Shown here piece after piece: positions 1 through 9,934 of a stretch of DNA of 64,000 nt (position 1 is the stretch's first letter; every line of letters starts with the position of its first letter). The stretch is taken from NCBI GenBank assembly GCA_963777155.1, contig CAVZPM010000002.1, forward strand, positions 1 to 64,000, in the 5' to 3' direction. The stretch comes from Candidatus Bathyarchaeota archaeon (lineage in GTDB: Archaea; Thermoproteota; Bathyarchaeia; Bathyarchaeales; Bathycorpusculaceae). The notes beneath the pieces were generated by a model. That model ran no database searches and was not told where the DNA came from. It saw nothing but the letters and a program-made list of their open reading frames with translations. A program made the position numbers and the translations under genes.

Positions 1-116
1 CTTCTGTTCCAGAGTTTTCTTGGTTGGTAATTCTACCCTTATTCCTTTCAATACTATCTATTGTGGTCCTAATTGGAAAGAGGAAAGTATCTTCATCAAA
101 ATGGCCATTGAATTAG
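1..116 (+). CDS. 3' end of a PEF-CTERM-type surface protein (partial)
   Basis: Frame from nt 3 reads SVPEFSWLVILPLFLSILSIVVLIGKRKVSSSKWPLN*: PEF motif, TM helix, basic tail. Confidence 0.75.
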   Translation, partial: SVPEFSWLVILPLFLSILSIVVLIGKRKVSSSKWPLN

Positions 117-249
117 TAAGTAGAAATGTTTGTTTCCAACAATAACCTAACTCAATCCAGTTAAGAAACTTTGACTTAGCTTAACATAGGTTTGTAGACA
201 AGAACGCTTTTTAATTTAAAGGGCAAGTTAAAGTTAAACAGTGACTTTG

Positions 250-1154
250 ATGAAAAAGCGTTTGATTTCTACAACTGTATCACCTTGGCTATTTTTGATT
301 TTACTGGCATTTGGGAGCTTAAATTTAGGAGAAGCCATCCCGTTTCGATGACATATCTTGAAAATGGGGGAAGTATACCACCCAGCCAAGTAGGTGCTGA
401 ACCTCCAACTATAAAAATATCTCCAATGGAGAATAACTCATTTCTAAATGTGAATAACGTTAATGTCACCATTATTGCTACGAGTGGAAACTCGGTTCGT
501 AATACTTCAAAATGGATAGATTCAATTTATTACGAGGTAGATTGGCAACAAAAAAATACCTATATTTACCGATACATGAATGACGAACTAAATCCTTTTA
601 ATTATTCTGCAAGCTTAAACCTTGCTGGAATCAACGGTACGCAAATACCAGAAGGAAAGCATACCTTAACTGTTTATGCTGTTGAGGAAGGACAATATCA
701 TAATGCACCTATCCCCAGCGAGTTGTCAGGTCTGAAAAAAATCGTTTATAATTCATTCCAAATAACAGGTTCTACATCTGCTACTTTTAACATAGACCGC
801 ACCAATCCAAACATAATGTTGCTATCAACCAAGAATACAACTTATTCCTCAAATGATATTCCCTTAAACTTCACTGTTAATGAGCCAACATCAAAACTCG
901 CCTATAACTTGGATAACTGTGGCAATGTAACCATGGCTGGAAACATGACTTTGACTGGTTTGTCTGTTGGTGAACATAATTTGACTATTTATGCATGGGA
1001 TATCACTGGAAACGTTGAAGCCTCAAAAACATTGTTCTTCACCATTGTAGAGCCCTTTCCATCTTTGACAATTTTAGTTATTGCTTCAATAGCTATAGTC
1101 GTTCTCATTGCCTCTCTAATTCTTTATAAAAGGCGTCGAAAAACCTCAAAGTAA
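250..1154 (+). CDS. Secreted, C-terminally anchored Ig-like domain surface protein (frameshift near 337)
   Basis: ATG at 250 gives signal peptide MKKRLISTTVSPWLFLILLAFGSLNLGEA; one added base joins it to ORF 285-1154. Contains LS.G.H.LT.YA.D..GN Ig-like motif and EPFP-TM-KRRRK tail. Confidence 0.75.
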
Positions 1155-1255
1155 AACTACTAACTGTTCCAGTTTGGAACGACCCTTTGATTACTTGTTC
1201 CTTGAATAGAACTATAAGCCGTTGACTCCGTTAATTATTTAGAAGAAGATAGAAA

Positions 1256-2341
1256 ATGCAAAAAACAAGCCTTAGCCTTGCTATACTAACTTCTTTCTTA
1301 GTGCTAATTTTCTTAATGCAACCCGTAGCTCAAATGCCAGTGGTGGATGCTAACCCTTATTCTTTTCCACCTTGGTCTCCACAGTCTGGTCTTTATTTAA
1401 CGTCAGATGTTCAAATTTCTATTGAATATAATAGAGAAAATTATTCACCACAAATTCATTCTTTTTCATATACTCTGGATAATAAAGCTAATTCTACTTT
1501 GAGTTTCAGAATCAGTGAGGTAAACCTGACTGTGTATAGTAGGGATTCATCCGTGAGATATGTGGAAGGCACAAAATATACAGTTTCTCAAACTATAGAA
1601 AACTTGGCTAATGGCAATCACACAATAGTAGTTTATGCCTATTTTTCTGATGGAACAGTTAAGTCTATTCTAAATTCTTTAGTGACTGTAGATACAACCT
1701 CGAAACCCATTGTAATTTTAGTTTCTCCTATAGATCAAACAACCTATAATGTTACGCAAGTGCCATTAGTTTACGCAACCAATTCAAAGGTTCTTTGGTC
1801 CTACTATTCCATAGATTCCATTGAATCATCTGGTTTGAAGAATTTTAATGGTAACATCACCCTGCCCAGCCTTTCTGAAGGTCAGCATGAGTTAAATGTC
1901 TATGTGACAACGAATATTTCGGCAGCAAACCCTACGTATCCAGATATTTACCAAACAATTCCTTACACCATCGTCTTTTACGTAGATACTGTTGCTCCCA
2001 AAATTACAGATCTCTCTGTTAATAGCACAGGCTCCTCTGATTTTTTGCTTAATTATGCAGTTGATGAAAACACAAGTTGGATGGGTTATAGTTTAGACAA
2101 TCAAGCAAACGTCACATTCAATGGCAATGCTGTTCTGAGGGACTTATCTGACGGTGTCCACAATGTTACAGTTTATGCTAAAGACTCAAATGGGAACATT
2201 GGTGTCTCAGAGACTACTTCTTTTACTGTAGGCTTGCTTCCCATAATGGTTGTTGCTGCTTTGATAGCAACTGCTGCAATAGTTGTGGTTGCAGTTATAG
2301 CCGTCATTTTGTACAAGAGAAGGAAGACGGTAGGTGATTAG
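1256..2341 (+). CDS. Secreted, C-terminally anchored protein with three Ig-like repeats
   Basis: Signal peptide ending VDA-NP; repeats NLANGNHTIVVYA, LSEGQHELNVY, LSDGVHNVTVYAKD; C-terminal TM plus KRRK. Confidence 0.8.
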   Translation: MQKTSLSLAILTSFLVLIFLMQPVAQMPVVDANPYSFPPWSPQSGLYLTSDVQISIEYNRENYSPQIHSFSYTLDNKANSTLSFRISEVNLTVYSRDSSVRYVEGTKYTVSQTIENLANGNHTIVVYAYFSDGTVKSILNSLVTVDTTSKPIVILVSPIDQTTYNVTQVPLVYATNSKVLWSYYSIDSIESSGLKNFNGNITLPSLSEGQHELNVYVTTNISAANPTYPDIYQTIPYTIVFYVDTVAPKITDLSVNSTGSSDFLLNYAVDENTSWMGYSLDNQANVTFNGNAVLRDLSDGVHNVTVYAKDSNGNIGVSETTSFTVGLLPIMVVAALIATAAIVVVAVIAVILYKRRKTVGD

Positions 2342-2343
2342 TC

Positions 2344-2994
2344 TTGATTAAGAAATCCAGAGCTATTTTTGCTCTATCTACTCTTCTAGTGATAATTTTC
2401 TTAGTGGAACCTATGGCTGAGAGTGTTTATGCCCAGTCAACTAAGCCTTCACCTCCAAAGTTTACCATACAAATTCCAAACAACAGCACAATACACATAG
2501 TTGTGGAAAATCAAGCATTCACTAACAGCAGTTCTGTTAACTCAATAGTATATTACTTCAGAGTAAAGGACCATAACTCTAATTTATGGATAGAAAGTGG
2601 TAACTATAACCTTCAGTCTAATTCTAAAACTACTATTATTTCAATTCCCCCACTGCCAGGAATGTCACTCTTGGGTTCAATTCTGAGTAGTCCCCTGCTT
2701 AACAACAGTACTTTGCTTGATTTTCAAGTTGAAGCAAAAACTGGTTATTATGCTATAACTCAAAAGCCTGGTTACATGCCAGGTATGCCGCCTTTAGGGT
2801 CTGGAGATGGTTATTCAGAGATTACTTTTAACCCAGCTGAGACAAGTGAGTGGAGCAACACACAAACGGTCAACTTAAATCAGACATCCACAACAGTTCC
2901 AGAGTTTTCTCGGTTGATGATTCTACCACTATTCATCTTCGTGCTTTCAATCGCAGTCATAGTCAGAGCAAGAAAGACTTGTAGAGTAACTTAG
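2344..2994 (+). CDS. PEF-CTERM-type secreted protein
   Basis: Signal peptide, KPSPPKFT start, SEWSNTQTV, VPEFS-TM-RARK tail. Confidence 0.75.
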   Translation: MIKKSRAIFALSTLLVIIFLVEPMAESVYAQSTKPSPPKFTIQIPNNSTIHIVVENQAFTNSSSVNSIVYYFRVKDHNSNLWIESGNYNLQSNSKTTIISIPPLPGMSLLGSILSSPLLNNSTLLDFQVEAKTGYYAITQKPGYMPGMPPLGSGDGYSEITFNPAETSEWSNTQTVNLNQTSTTVPEFSRLMILPLFIFVLSIAVIVRARKTCRVT

Positions 2995-3072
2995 AAGCAA
3001 ACTCTATCTAAAAGACAAACGGGATTCAATTACTTAAGACAGGCTAATAGAAATCTCGCTTATAAGTTCATT

Positions 3073-3180
3073 TTAAGAATCGTACCAACGTTTTATCTCT
3101 TCAGCGACAGAATTTGAATAACTGCATTCAAGAAGTTTTTTAAATTCCAATTTTTTTTGCCTACTCTTTTTATTGCTCAC
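3073..3180 (-). CDS. Putative 35-aa small protein
   Basis: GTG..TAA ORF MSNKKSRQKKLEFKKLLECSYSNSVAEEIKRWYDS, preceded by GGAGGAG SD and a TATA-like ATATATTATAT. Confidence 0.5.
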   Translation of the reverse strand: MSNKKSRQKKLEFKKLLECSYSNSVAEEIKRWYDS

Positions 3181-3512
3181 GTTTAACTCCTCCCAAAATT
3201 ACATGATATAATATATTGTAATCAACGAATTATGTTTTCAGTATGGCAACCTACCTAACTGTTGTGCAAGTGTACCGACATAATTAACTATAAAATACAA
3301 AATGAGCCATTTAAGCAAGCGGTTTATAGATATTTATGTCAAACAGGTTGGAGATTTGTAGAACACCTAATATTCTAACTAAAGAAAACAAACACTGATT
3401 TGTTCTCTTCGGACTAGAAGGAAATGTTTGGCGTTTCTCCTAATAAGTAGCTAAACCAAGTCAAAACAGTTTTACAGATACTCTTTTATTGAAAGCGTGT
3501 TCTAAGCTGATT

Positions 3513-4184
3513 ATGGGTAATTTTGGCAAAACTGAAGCCTTGGTACTTGTCTTTGTTGTTTTGATCTCTTTAATGATATTCGTATCTACAAGCGTTAAGG
3601 CACAAACACCGCACGATTTGAAGAATTTTAGCGGCACTATGGATTCTTACTTTTTACATGGAGGAATGTATGCATATACAATCAATGTAAGCATGTCCAT
3701 AGAGACTGAGTCAAACGGCGAATGGGTGGTCAACAATAGCTATCAAATCACCTGGCAAATTTCAATCGTCAATTTTAATCCCAACGCCATAACAGAACCA
3801 ACTGACTTATCCCTGACATTTCACGATCCACTCGTCAGAATTTCCGGAAGCCTCGATCCTATCATCAACCAAACGTCTGTTACTGTAGGAAGAGACGGGT
3901 TTTTGAAGGTTGAATTTACTCCTGACAAGTCAGTTAATCAAGCTGATGTCCAAACCTTACTTCTGGAAGACGAAAATTATACCAGTCAGGAACAATTCAA
4001 GAATGCTCATTGGAATCAAAATTTTGACATTTGGATAAACATTGTTGATTCACTCATTACATCACCGATCCCAACGTTTACTATTCCAGAGTTTTCGTGC
4101 CTGACAATTTTGCCCCTGTCCCTTTTTATTCTATCGATTGCTATCATGTCTAAACAAATGAGTTCAAAGAATGACTCAACATAG
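3513..4184 (+). CDS. PEF-CTERM-type secreted protein
   Basis: Signal peptide ending VKA; IPEFS-TM tail. Confidence 0.75.
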   Translation: MGNFGKTEALVLVFVVLISLMIFVSTSVKAQTPHDLKNFSGTMDSYFLHGGMYAYTINVSMSIETESNGEWVVNNSYQITWQISIVNFNPNAITEPTDLSLTFHDPLVRISGSLDPIINQTSVTVGRDGFLKVEFTPDKSVNQADVQTLLLEDENYTSQEQFKNAHWNQNFDIWINIVDSLITSPIPTFTIPEFSCLTILPLSLFILSIAIMSKQMSSKNDST

Positions 4185-4288
4185 TAACTATGTGAGTTCG
4201 CTGTGACGACAGACTTAGATGGTTTATTCCCGTGAACTTATAAGCTTGATGCGTCTATTTTTGCAGAAAGACCAGCAGGCAGCAATAG

Positions 4289-4921
4289 ATGGTATCGATA
4301 ATTGAGCTAATTATTATTTTTCTTACGGGATTCGGTTTCAATTTGATCCCTTTTGCTGGGCCATCAAACCTTCTGATTGCCTCAACGGCAGCGATTGGTT
4401 TAGGTAATGCGGATGCTGCAACATTAGTGTTGATAGGCGTTTTCATTGCCTTAGGTGCTGCCTTGGCCAAAGGCATTCATTACATGGTTACCTTCTTTGT
4501 CAGTGGGCACCTTAGCCAAAAAAGACAGGCACGACTGGACGCTGACGCTGCCAAAATTAAGCATTGGGCTATGCCACTGCTATTTCTGGTAGCTGCTACG
4601 CCACTTCCCGATGAACCCATAGTTATTCCACTCGGCTTGATGAAGTACAGTCCAGTAAAGTTTTTCATTTCGTACTTTCTGGGTAAACTCACAATAGCGA
4701 TTGCTGGTGCATTTATTGGACAAGAGGCAAGTAACTTGTTTTCAGGTTGGCTAAGCCCCGAAGTTATGGTGGCAATTTCAATAATCTTAACCGTCGTCAT
4801 TACACTTATCCTGTTGAAGGTGGATATAGGCAAGCTCGCGGAGAAGTTCTTGAAGAAAAAGTCAGAAGAAAAAACAGAAAGTAGCCCAGAAAAACTAAAT
4901 AACCCACCAGGAACCCAATAG
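4289..4921 (+). CDS. VTT/DedA-like (SNARE-associated) membrane protein
   Basis: Multi-TM; N.IPFAGPS and ATPLPDEPIVIPLG motifs. Confidence 0.7.
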   Translation: MVSIIELIIIFLTGFGFNLIPFAGPSNLLIASTAAIGLGNADAATLVLIGVFIALGAALAKGIHYMVTFFVSGHLSQKRQARLDADAAKIKHWAMPLLFLVAATPLPDEPIVIPLGLMKYSPVKFFISYFLGKLTIAIAGAFIGQEASNLFSGWLSPEVMVAISIILTVVITLILLKVDIGKLAEKFLKKKSEEKTESSPEKLNNPPGTQ

Positions 4922-4933
4922 TGAAGGTTAAAC

Positions 4934-5438
4934 ATGCCTACAAAACAACGCAGGTACCCATTAAAAACTAAAGAAGCCAAACAAATCCTAGAGGAAGCCT
5001 CACAAAAACTCCGAATAGATCATAGATGCACTTTTCGGCTCTAAAGCTAACGTTGAAGTTGTAGAGTCAGATGTTGGCGAAATCTATCTTATAGCGGGTA
5101 AACCTGTATTATACAAAGTCCTCGATACCATTCTACCAACCTTGCTTTTCGGAGAATTCATTGCTAAAGCGCCAAAAATTGTGGTTGACATGGGTGCTAT
5201 CCCCTATGTTTGTAAGGGTGCGACGGTTATGGCTCCAGGCATTGTGAGGATTGAGGGCGAATTCGGTAAAGGTGACATCGTAGTTGTTGTGGACATGAAA
5301 CATGGCAAAGCCTTAGCGCTTGGCGAAAGCCTCCTCGACGCAGACATTGCCAAAACCACCAAAAAGGGACCTGTAGTCAAAACGCTGCATTATGTAAGTG
5401 ACAAAATTTGGGACTACATCAAAACCTTAAGTGAATAA
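4934..5438 (+). CDS. PUA-domain RNA-binding protein (DUF1947/MCT-1-like), frameshift near 5020
   Basis: VVDMGAIPYVCKGATVMAPGI PUA motif; N-terminus MPTKQRRYPLK lies in another frame. Confidence 0.8.
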
Positions 5439-5625
5439 TCATACAATCTAACGACAGATGTTTGGCATTTAATTTTTTCTATTAAGAGTTATGAGATTCG
5501 GGTAGTTTATTTGTACTCGTCTGAGATTTCATAATGAATTTGACCAATTGTCACAATGAGCATAAGTTATGAGCAAATGCTTCTTTCTATCTTGCGACAA
5601 AAATGGCTCTGACAAAAGCGAATTT

Positions 5626-5703
5626 TGGCGGGTCCGACGGGAATTGAACCCGCGACCCCCGGATTAAAAGTCCGGTGCTCTAGCCTGACTGAGCTACGGA
5701 CCC
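5626..5703 (-). tRNA. tRNA-Lys(UUU), no intron, encoded CCA
   Basis: Reverse complement GGGTCCGTAGCTCAGTCAGGCTAGAGCACCGGACTTTTAATCCGGGGGTCGCGGGTTCAATTCCCGTCGGACCCGCCA folds as a cloverleaf with anticodon TTT. Confidence 0.97.
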
Positions 5704-5783
5704 GCAAAGATTCGTTGCGGCTGATAGGAAAACACGAAGGGGTTTTTTAGTATTTCTATTGATTTAGTGTTAAAAAGAGACTA

Positions 5784-6155
5784 CTAGTCGACTATTTGCG
5801 CTTTGAGGATTGTTGACATGAATCCTTTGATTTTGTCCTGGGAGTTGAGGATAGTTCGAATAGTTTTGGAGCCTTTTTCTGTGAGTTTGTAGACTCTTTT
5901 TCTTTCAATCCAGGCTCCTTCAACTAGACCGTTTCGTTCAAGGGAATAAAGCAGTGAGTAGATTGTGCCTGAGCTGGCAAGAAAGCCGAATTTGTTGTGT
6001 ATAAATGTGATTGCATCGTATCCGCTTATAGGTCCGTTTTGTAGTTCGGTCATTATTATTGTGTCCATGAAGCTTTTTATGACTCGTTCGTGCATTTTTT
6101 TGATTATTCTTGCTTCGGATTTTTCTCCGTTAATTGTGATTGTTAATGCTACCAT
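5784..6155 (-). CDS. PadR-family transcriptional regulator
   Basis: SGYD...SSGTIYSLLYSLERNGLV...KRVYKLTEKG. Confidence 0.88.
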   Translation of the reverse strand: MVALTITINGEKSEARIIKKMHERVIKSFMDTIIMTELQNGPISGYDAITFIHNKFGFLASSGTIYSLLYSLERNGLVEGAWIERKRVYKLTEKGSKTIRTILNSQDKIKGFMSTILKAQIVD

Positions 6156-6168
6156 AGTTCTTGCACCT

Positions 6169-6238
6169 GAATAATGTTTATTCTTGTTTAGATATATAAG
6201 ACTTATTCAGAATTAGAATAACAAAACATTATTTGTTA
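6169..6238. promoter_or_regulatory. Promoter with clustered inverted repeats upstream of the PadR-family gene
   Basis: GAATAA-N3-TTATTC (6169-6183), TTATTC-N7-GAATAA (6203-6221) and TAACAAA-N6-TTTGTTA (6219-6238) flank a minus-strand TTATATAT box at ~6192-6199. Confidence 0.45.
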
Positions 6239-6579
6239 CAACTAAGCAAGAAAAATATAAACAAAATAAACACACCAGGTATTCGAAAATCGTTAATAAT
6301 CAAAAAAACAGCGCGATAGAAATCAAAATCAGTTTCATATATCTCGACATAACACGCGAAGAAACAAGTGACAGTTGACATAGAAATGTCATTTAATCAG
6401 AAGCGTTTTTCAGAAATATTACACTATTTGTTTACATAAATCCATGGAGACATGTGTCTTTTTTACTGCAAAATTACCATTTTTCTGATTTGAGTTTCGA
6501 ATTTATTAGCTACCGATATATGTGCATGTTAACAAACGTTATCTCCCATCTTACTGTAGGACACTACGGTGCCCTAAAC

Positions 6580-8808
6580 GTGATTTCATGGAAATATACA
6601 TTTAAACGATTAAATGAAGACTACGAAATTGCTAACAAGAAAAAACAAGCCTTAGACAACCTTTACGAGTCAGGCAAAATCTCACAAGCCACAAGAGACT
6701 CATTCACCGGCGATATTAATGCAGCAATCGCTGAAATCGAAAAACAACGAAAAGAACTTGCTGAAAAAATGCAAGTAAAAACCCAAGAACTGGAAAGTCA
6801 ACTTAAAACGCTCGAAATGCTTCTCGCTAACTACGAAATTCAACATGTTGTAGGGGAAATCGACGAAGATAGCTACGTTCGAGAAATTAACCTTCTCTCA
6901 AACACTCTCCAGACAACTCGAAACGAGTTAGACGTAATAAAGCAAGCAATAAACCAGTTATTTCCAATAGAACCAGCAATTATAGCCCCGGCAGCTCCAG
7001 AGCTAGCTGCTCCAATCGAAGTTCCAGTAGCTGAAGCCGCTCCAGTAGAAGCGGCCCCTTTAGAGGTCCCAGTAGAAGCTACACCTGTTGAACCAGTAAT
7101 CATTGAAACTTGTCCCGTTGAGTGTGCTCCAATAGAAACTGCTCCAATCGAAGTTCCAGTAGCTGAAGTTGCTCCAGTGGAGACAGCGGTCCCTTTCGAG
7201 GCCCCAGCAGAAGCTCCAGTTGAACAAGCCGCTGAAGCTCCAATTGAAACCGCTCCAGCAATCGAAACAGCAACAGTAGAAGCTCCCGCAGATGAACCAG
7301 TTCAAATAGTTGAAGCTCCCACGGAAACACCTACAATCGAAACCCCAATTATCGAAGCTCCGGCAGCAGAAACCCCCATTGAAGCAACTCCAATAATCGA
7401 AACTCCCATAGAAGAAGCCCCCGCAATAATTGAAGAAACTCCTGCAGTACTTGTCGAGGAAGCCGCTCCAGCAGATATTGCGCCAGTCGAGCCAGCTCCA
7501 CTTGAGAGCGCTCCAGTTGAGAATGCTCTGATCGTCGAAAGTACACCAACCATCGAGACTCCCGCAATTGAAACCCCAACCACTGAAGTAGCTCCAATCG
7601 AGCAGCCAACAATCGCAACTGAAGAAGCCCCAGCAGTTGAAATCGTCGTAGAATCAGCCCCAATTGAGTGTGCTCCAATAGAAACTGCTCCAATCGAAGT
7701 TCCAGTAGCTGAAGTTGCTCCAGTGGAGACAGCGGTCCCTTTCGAGGCCCCAGCAGAAGCTCAAGTTGAGCAGGCCACGATCGAAACCCCAGTTGAAACC
7801 GCTCCAGTAGCTGAAAGCACACCAGTTGTTGAAGAAGCCCCAGTTATTGAAGCTCCAGCAGTTGAAATAGAAACTCCAGTTGTTGAAGCAGTCCCAATAA
7901 TCGAAACACCAGTCGAAGTTCCAGTAGCAGTTGTTGAAGAAGCTCCAGCAATAATCATAGAAGAAGCCGCTCCAATTGAAGTCGTGCCAATCGAAACTGC
8001 CCCAACTGAAGTAGCTCCAATCGAGCAGCCAACAATCGCAACTGAAGAAGCTCCAGCAGTTGAAATCGTCGTAGAATCAGCCCCAATTGTTGAGGAAGCT
8101 ACACCAGTTGAAGCGTCAGTTGTCGAAGAAACCGCCTCAATAGAGACAGCCCCAATTGAGGAAGCCCCAATCGTTGAGGCTCCAGCAGTTGAGACCATAT
8201 TGGAAGCTCCAGCAATTGAAGCTCCAATAGTTGAAGAAACTCCAATTGTAGAAGTTGCCCCGGTGGAAGAGGCTCAAGTAGTTGCAGTTGAGCCAGAAGA
8301 AGCAGTTGAAATAGTAACCGAAGCAGTAATCGCAGAGCCAACAGTCGAAGAACAAGTAATCCAAGCTGCTCCAATAATCGAAGCACCAGTTGAAGTGCCA
8401 GCCGCAATCGTTGAGGAAGCTCAAGTAGCCGTCGTTGAAGAATCATCTCCAATCGAGCAGCCAACAGTCACAGTTGAAGCAGCCCCCGTAATCGAAACGC
8501 AGATCGAAGTTCCAGCAGAAACAATGATCGCAACCGAGCCAATTGCAGAAGTAGCCCACGAAGAACAAACCGTAATTGAAGCTCCACTCCAAGCCTTTGA
8601 AGTAACAGAGCAAGCTCCAATCGAAACTACCCTTGAAAAAGTCCTTGAAGAACCAGCAATAGAAACTATTTCCTTGGTGGAGGAGGCACACATTCCGGCC
8701 CACCCTTCAGAAGCGCCTCAGCAGGCGCATTCGGAACTGATAACGGAAGCGGACAACAGCGACCAAACCCCCCAAGCCGAAGAAAGCGAAGAAAACACAA
8801 CTGAATAA
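6580..8808 (+). CDS. CdvA-like coiled-coil protein with a very long acidic E/A/P/V/I/T-rich repeat tail
   Basis: N-terminal ~130 aa coiled coil (KKKQALDNL..GKISQ...LE.LLANYEIQHVVGEIDE) resembles CdvA-like proteins; likely GTG start at 6580, in frame with ORF 6454. Confidence 0.7.
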   Translation: MISWKYTFKRLNEDYEIANKKKQALDNLYESGKISQATRDSFTGDINAAIAEIEKQRKELAEKMQVKTQELESQLKTLEMLLANYEIQHVVGEIDEDSYVREINLLSNTLQTTRNELDVIKQAINQLFPIEPAIIAPAAPELAAPIEVPVAEAAPVEAAPLEVPVEATPVEPVIIETCPVECAPIETAPIEVPVAEVAPVETAVPFEAPAEAPVEQAAEAPIETAPAIETATVEAPADEPVQIVEAPTETPTIETPIIEAPAAETPIEATPIIETPIEEAPAIIEETPAVLVEEAAPADIAPVEPAPLESAPVENALIVESTPTIETPAIETPTTEVAPIEQPTIATEEAPAVEIVVESAPIECAPIETAPIEVPVAEVAPVETAVPFEAPAEAQVEQATIETPVETAPVAESTPVVEEAPVIEAPAVEIETPVVEAVPIIETPVEVPVAVVEEAPAIIIEEAAPIEVVPIETAPTEVAPIEQPTIATEEAPAVEIVVESAPIVEEATPVEASVVEETASIETAPIEEAPIVEAPAVETILEAPAIEAPIVEETPIVEVAPVEEAQVVAVEPEEAVEIVTEAVIAEPTVEEQVIQAAPIIEAPVEVPAAIVEEAQVAVVEESSPIEQPTVTVEAAPVIETQIEVPAETMIATEPIAEVAHEEQTVIEAPLQAFEVTEQAPIETTLEKVLEEPAIETISLVEEAHIPAHPSEAPQQAHSELITEADNSDQTPQAEESEENTTE
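7118..7762 (+). repeat. 99-bp exact direct repeat (7118-7216 and 7664-7762) inside the acidic tail
   Basis: ttgagtgtgctccaatagaaact...gccccagcagaagctc occurs twice, 546 bp apart. Confidence 0.9.
7582..8089 (+). repeat. 85-bp direct repeat with one mismatch (7582-7666 and 8005-8089)
   Basis: actgaagtagctccaatcgagcagcc...gaatcagccccaattg occurs twice. Confidence 0.9.
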
Positions 8809-8949
8809 AATAAACAATCTTTCCTTTTCTTTTTTCATTTTAGCTTAGTTTTTGTATTTTTGCCTATCAAGACAATGAAAACGTTCTCTCTTAGAGAAGA
8901 TAAAGTCTTTAGGGGAAAAGATAGTTTTTCATTGTTAGCGGAATAGTGT

Positions 8950-9579
8950 ATGGCTCAAAAAGAAAAGCCTAAAACAGTCTACTGGTTAGATAACACACTT
9001 TATCTAAACATAACCAACCTATGTACGAATAGTTGTTATTTTTGCTTCAAACGCTACAAGTACGGAATTAATGACTTTAACCTTAAACTCGTAGAGGAAC
9101 CGACCTATGACCAAATTGTTACTGAGTTGTCGGAGGTTTTACATACGCGAAGTTGGAAGGGATTAGTTTTCTGTGGTTTTGGTGAACCAACAGAGCGGCT
9201 TGAGATTTTGCTTGAACTTGCCAGGTGGACAAGAAAAAATCTTGGGCAACAAATTCAGATTCGATTGGATACGAATGGGCATGGTTACATATTGAATCCT
9301 GCCAAGGATGTAGCTGGGCTGTTGAAGGAAGCTGGAGTCGATAAAGTAAGCGTTAGCTTAAACGCAGGAGATAGGGAGACCTATAATGAAATCTGCATGC
9401 CCACATTCCCTGAAGCATATGAAGCAGTTCTCGATTTCATATACAAAGCAAAATCGATACTTGATGTTGAAGTTACGGTTGTACGGGTGCCGGAAGTCGA
9501 TGTGGCTAAGGCGCAGGCGGTTGCGGTCAGCTTAGGAGTAAAGTTTAAGGTAAGAGAGTATATTCCTTGCTTCTATTGA
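8950..9579 (+). CDS. TatD-family-associated radical SAM protein
   Basis: LYLNITNLCTNSCYFC (CxxxCxxC), VFCGFGEPT, IRLDTNGHG. Confidence 0.88.
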   Translation: MAQKEKPKTVYWLDNTLYLNITNLCTNSCYFCFKRYKYGINDFNLKLVEEPTYDQIVTELSEVLHTRSWKGLVFCGFGEPTERLEILLELARWTRKNLGQQIQIRLDTNGHGYILNPAKDVAGLLKEAGVDKVSVSLNAGDRETYNEICMPTFPEAYEAVLDFIYKAKSILDVEVTVVRVPEVDVAKAQAVAVSLGVKFKVREYIPCFY

Positions 9580-9934
9580 TTGATCAACTGAATCAATTGG
9601 TTTCTTACTTTTTGACAATATAAAACTCCAAAGCTTAGGCGAAAGTGTTTTAAAGCAAACGTACCAATGCCATCGCTTGGAGCCAAAAGAATGAGGAAAA
9701 CATCTCTCTTTGAGTTCGACGTGCCCTGCTACCGAAAACGAGCATCAGGACTCACAGCTGCCAATAAACAAACACGATAACAAAATTAGGTAAGGCGAAC
9801 CAAACCTAAATATTGCTTGATTAGAAGTTTTCCTCGAAAATGAACGACTTGCTTTGCAGAAACTCTTGTTTCGATGTTTATTCTTATTAAGTAAGCTGTC
9901 TTATTTTTGGTAGTCACAGTTCTGGGTTATTTTT

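Noticed and set aside
5439-5703. tRNA-Lys as an integration site
   Set aside because: No duplicate of the tRNA 3' end was noticed, there is no integrase, and the adjacent gene is a core gene
6990-8700. Repeats as a CRISPR array
   Set aside because: In-frame coding repeats with no constant repeat/unique spacer period and no cas genes
6873-8703. Many minus-strand ORFs over the acidic repeat gene
   Set aside because: Shadow frames of low-complexity coding sequence
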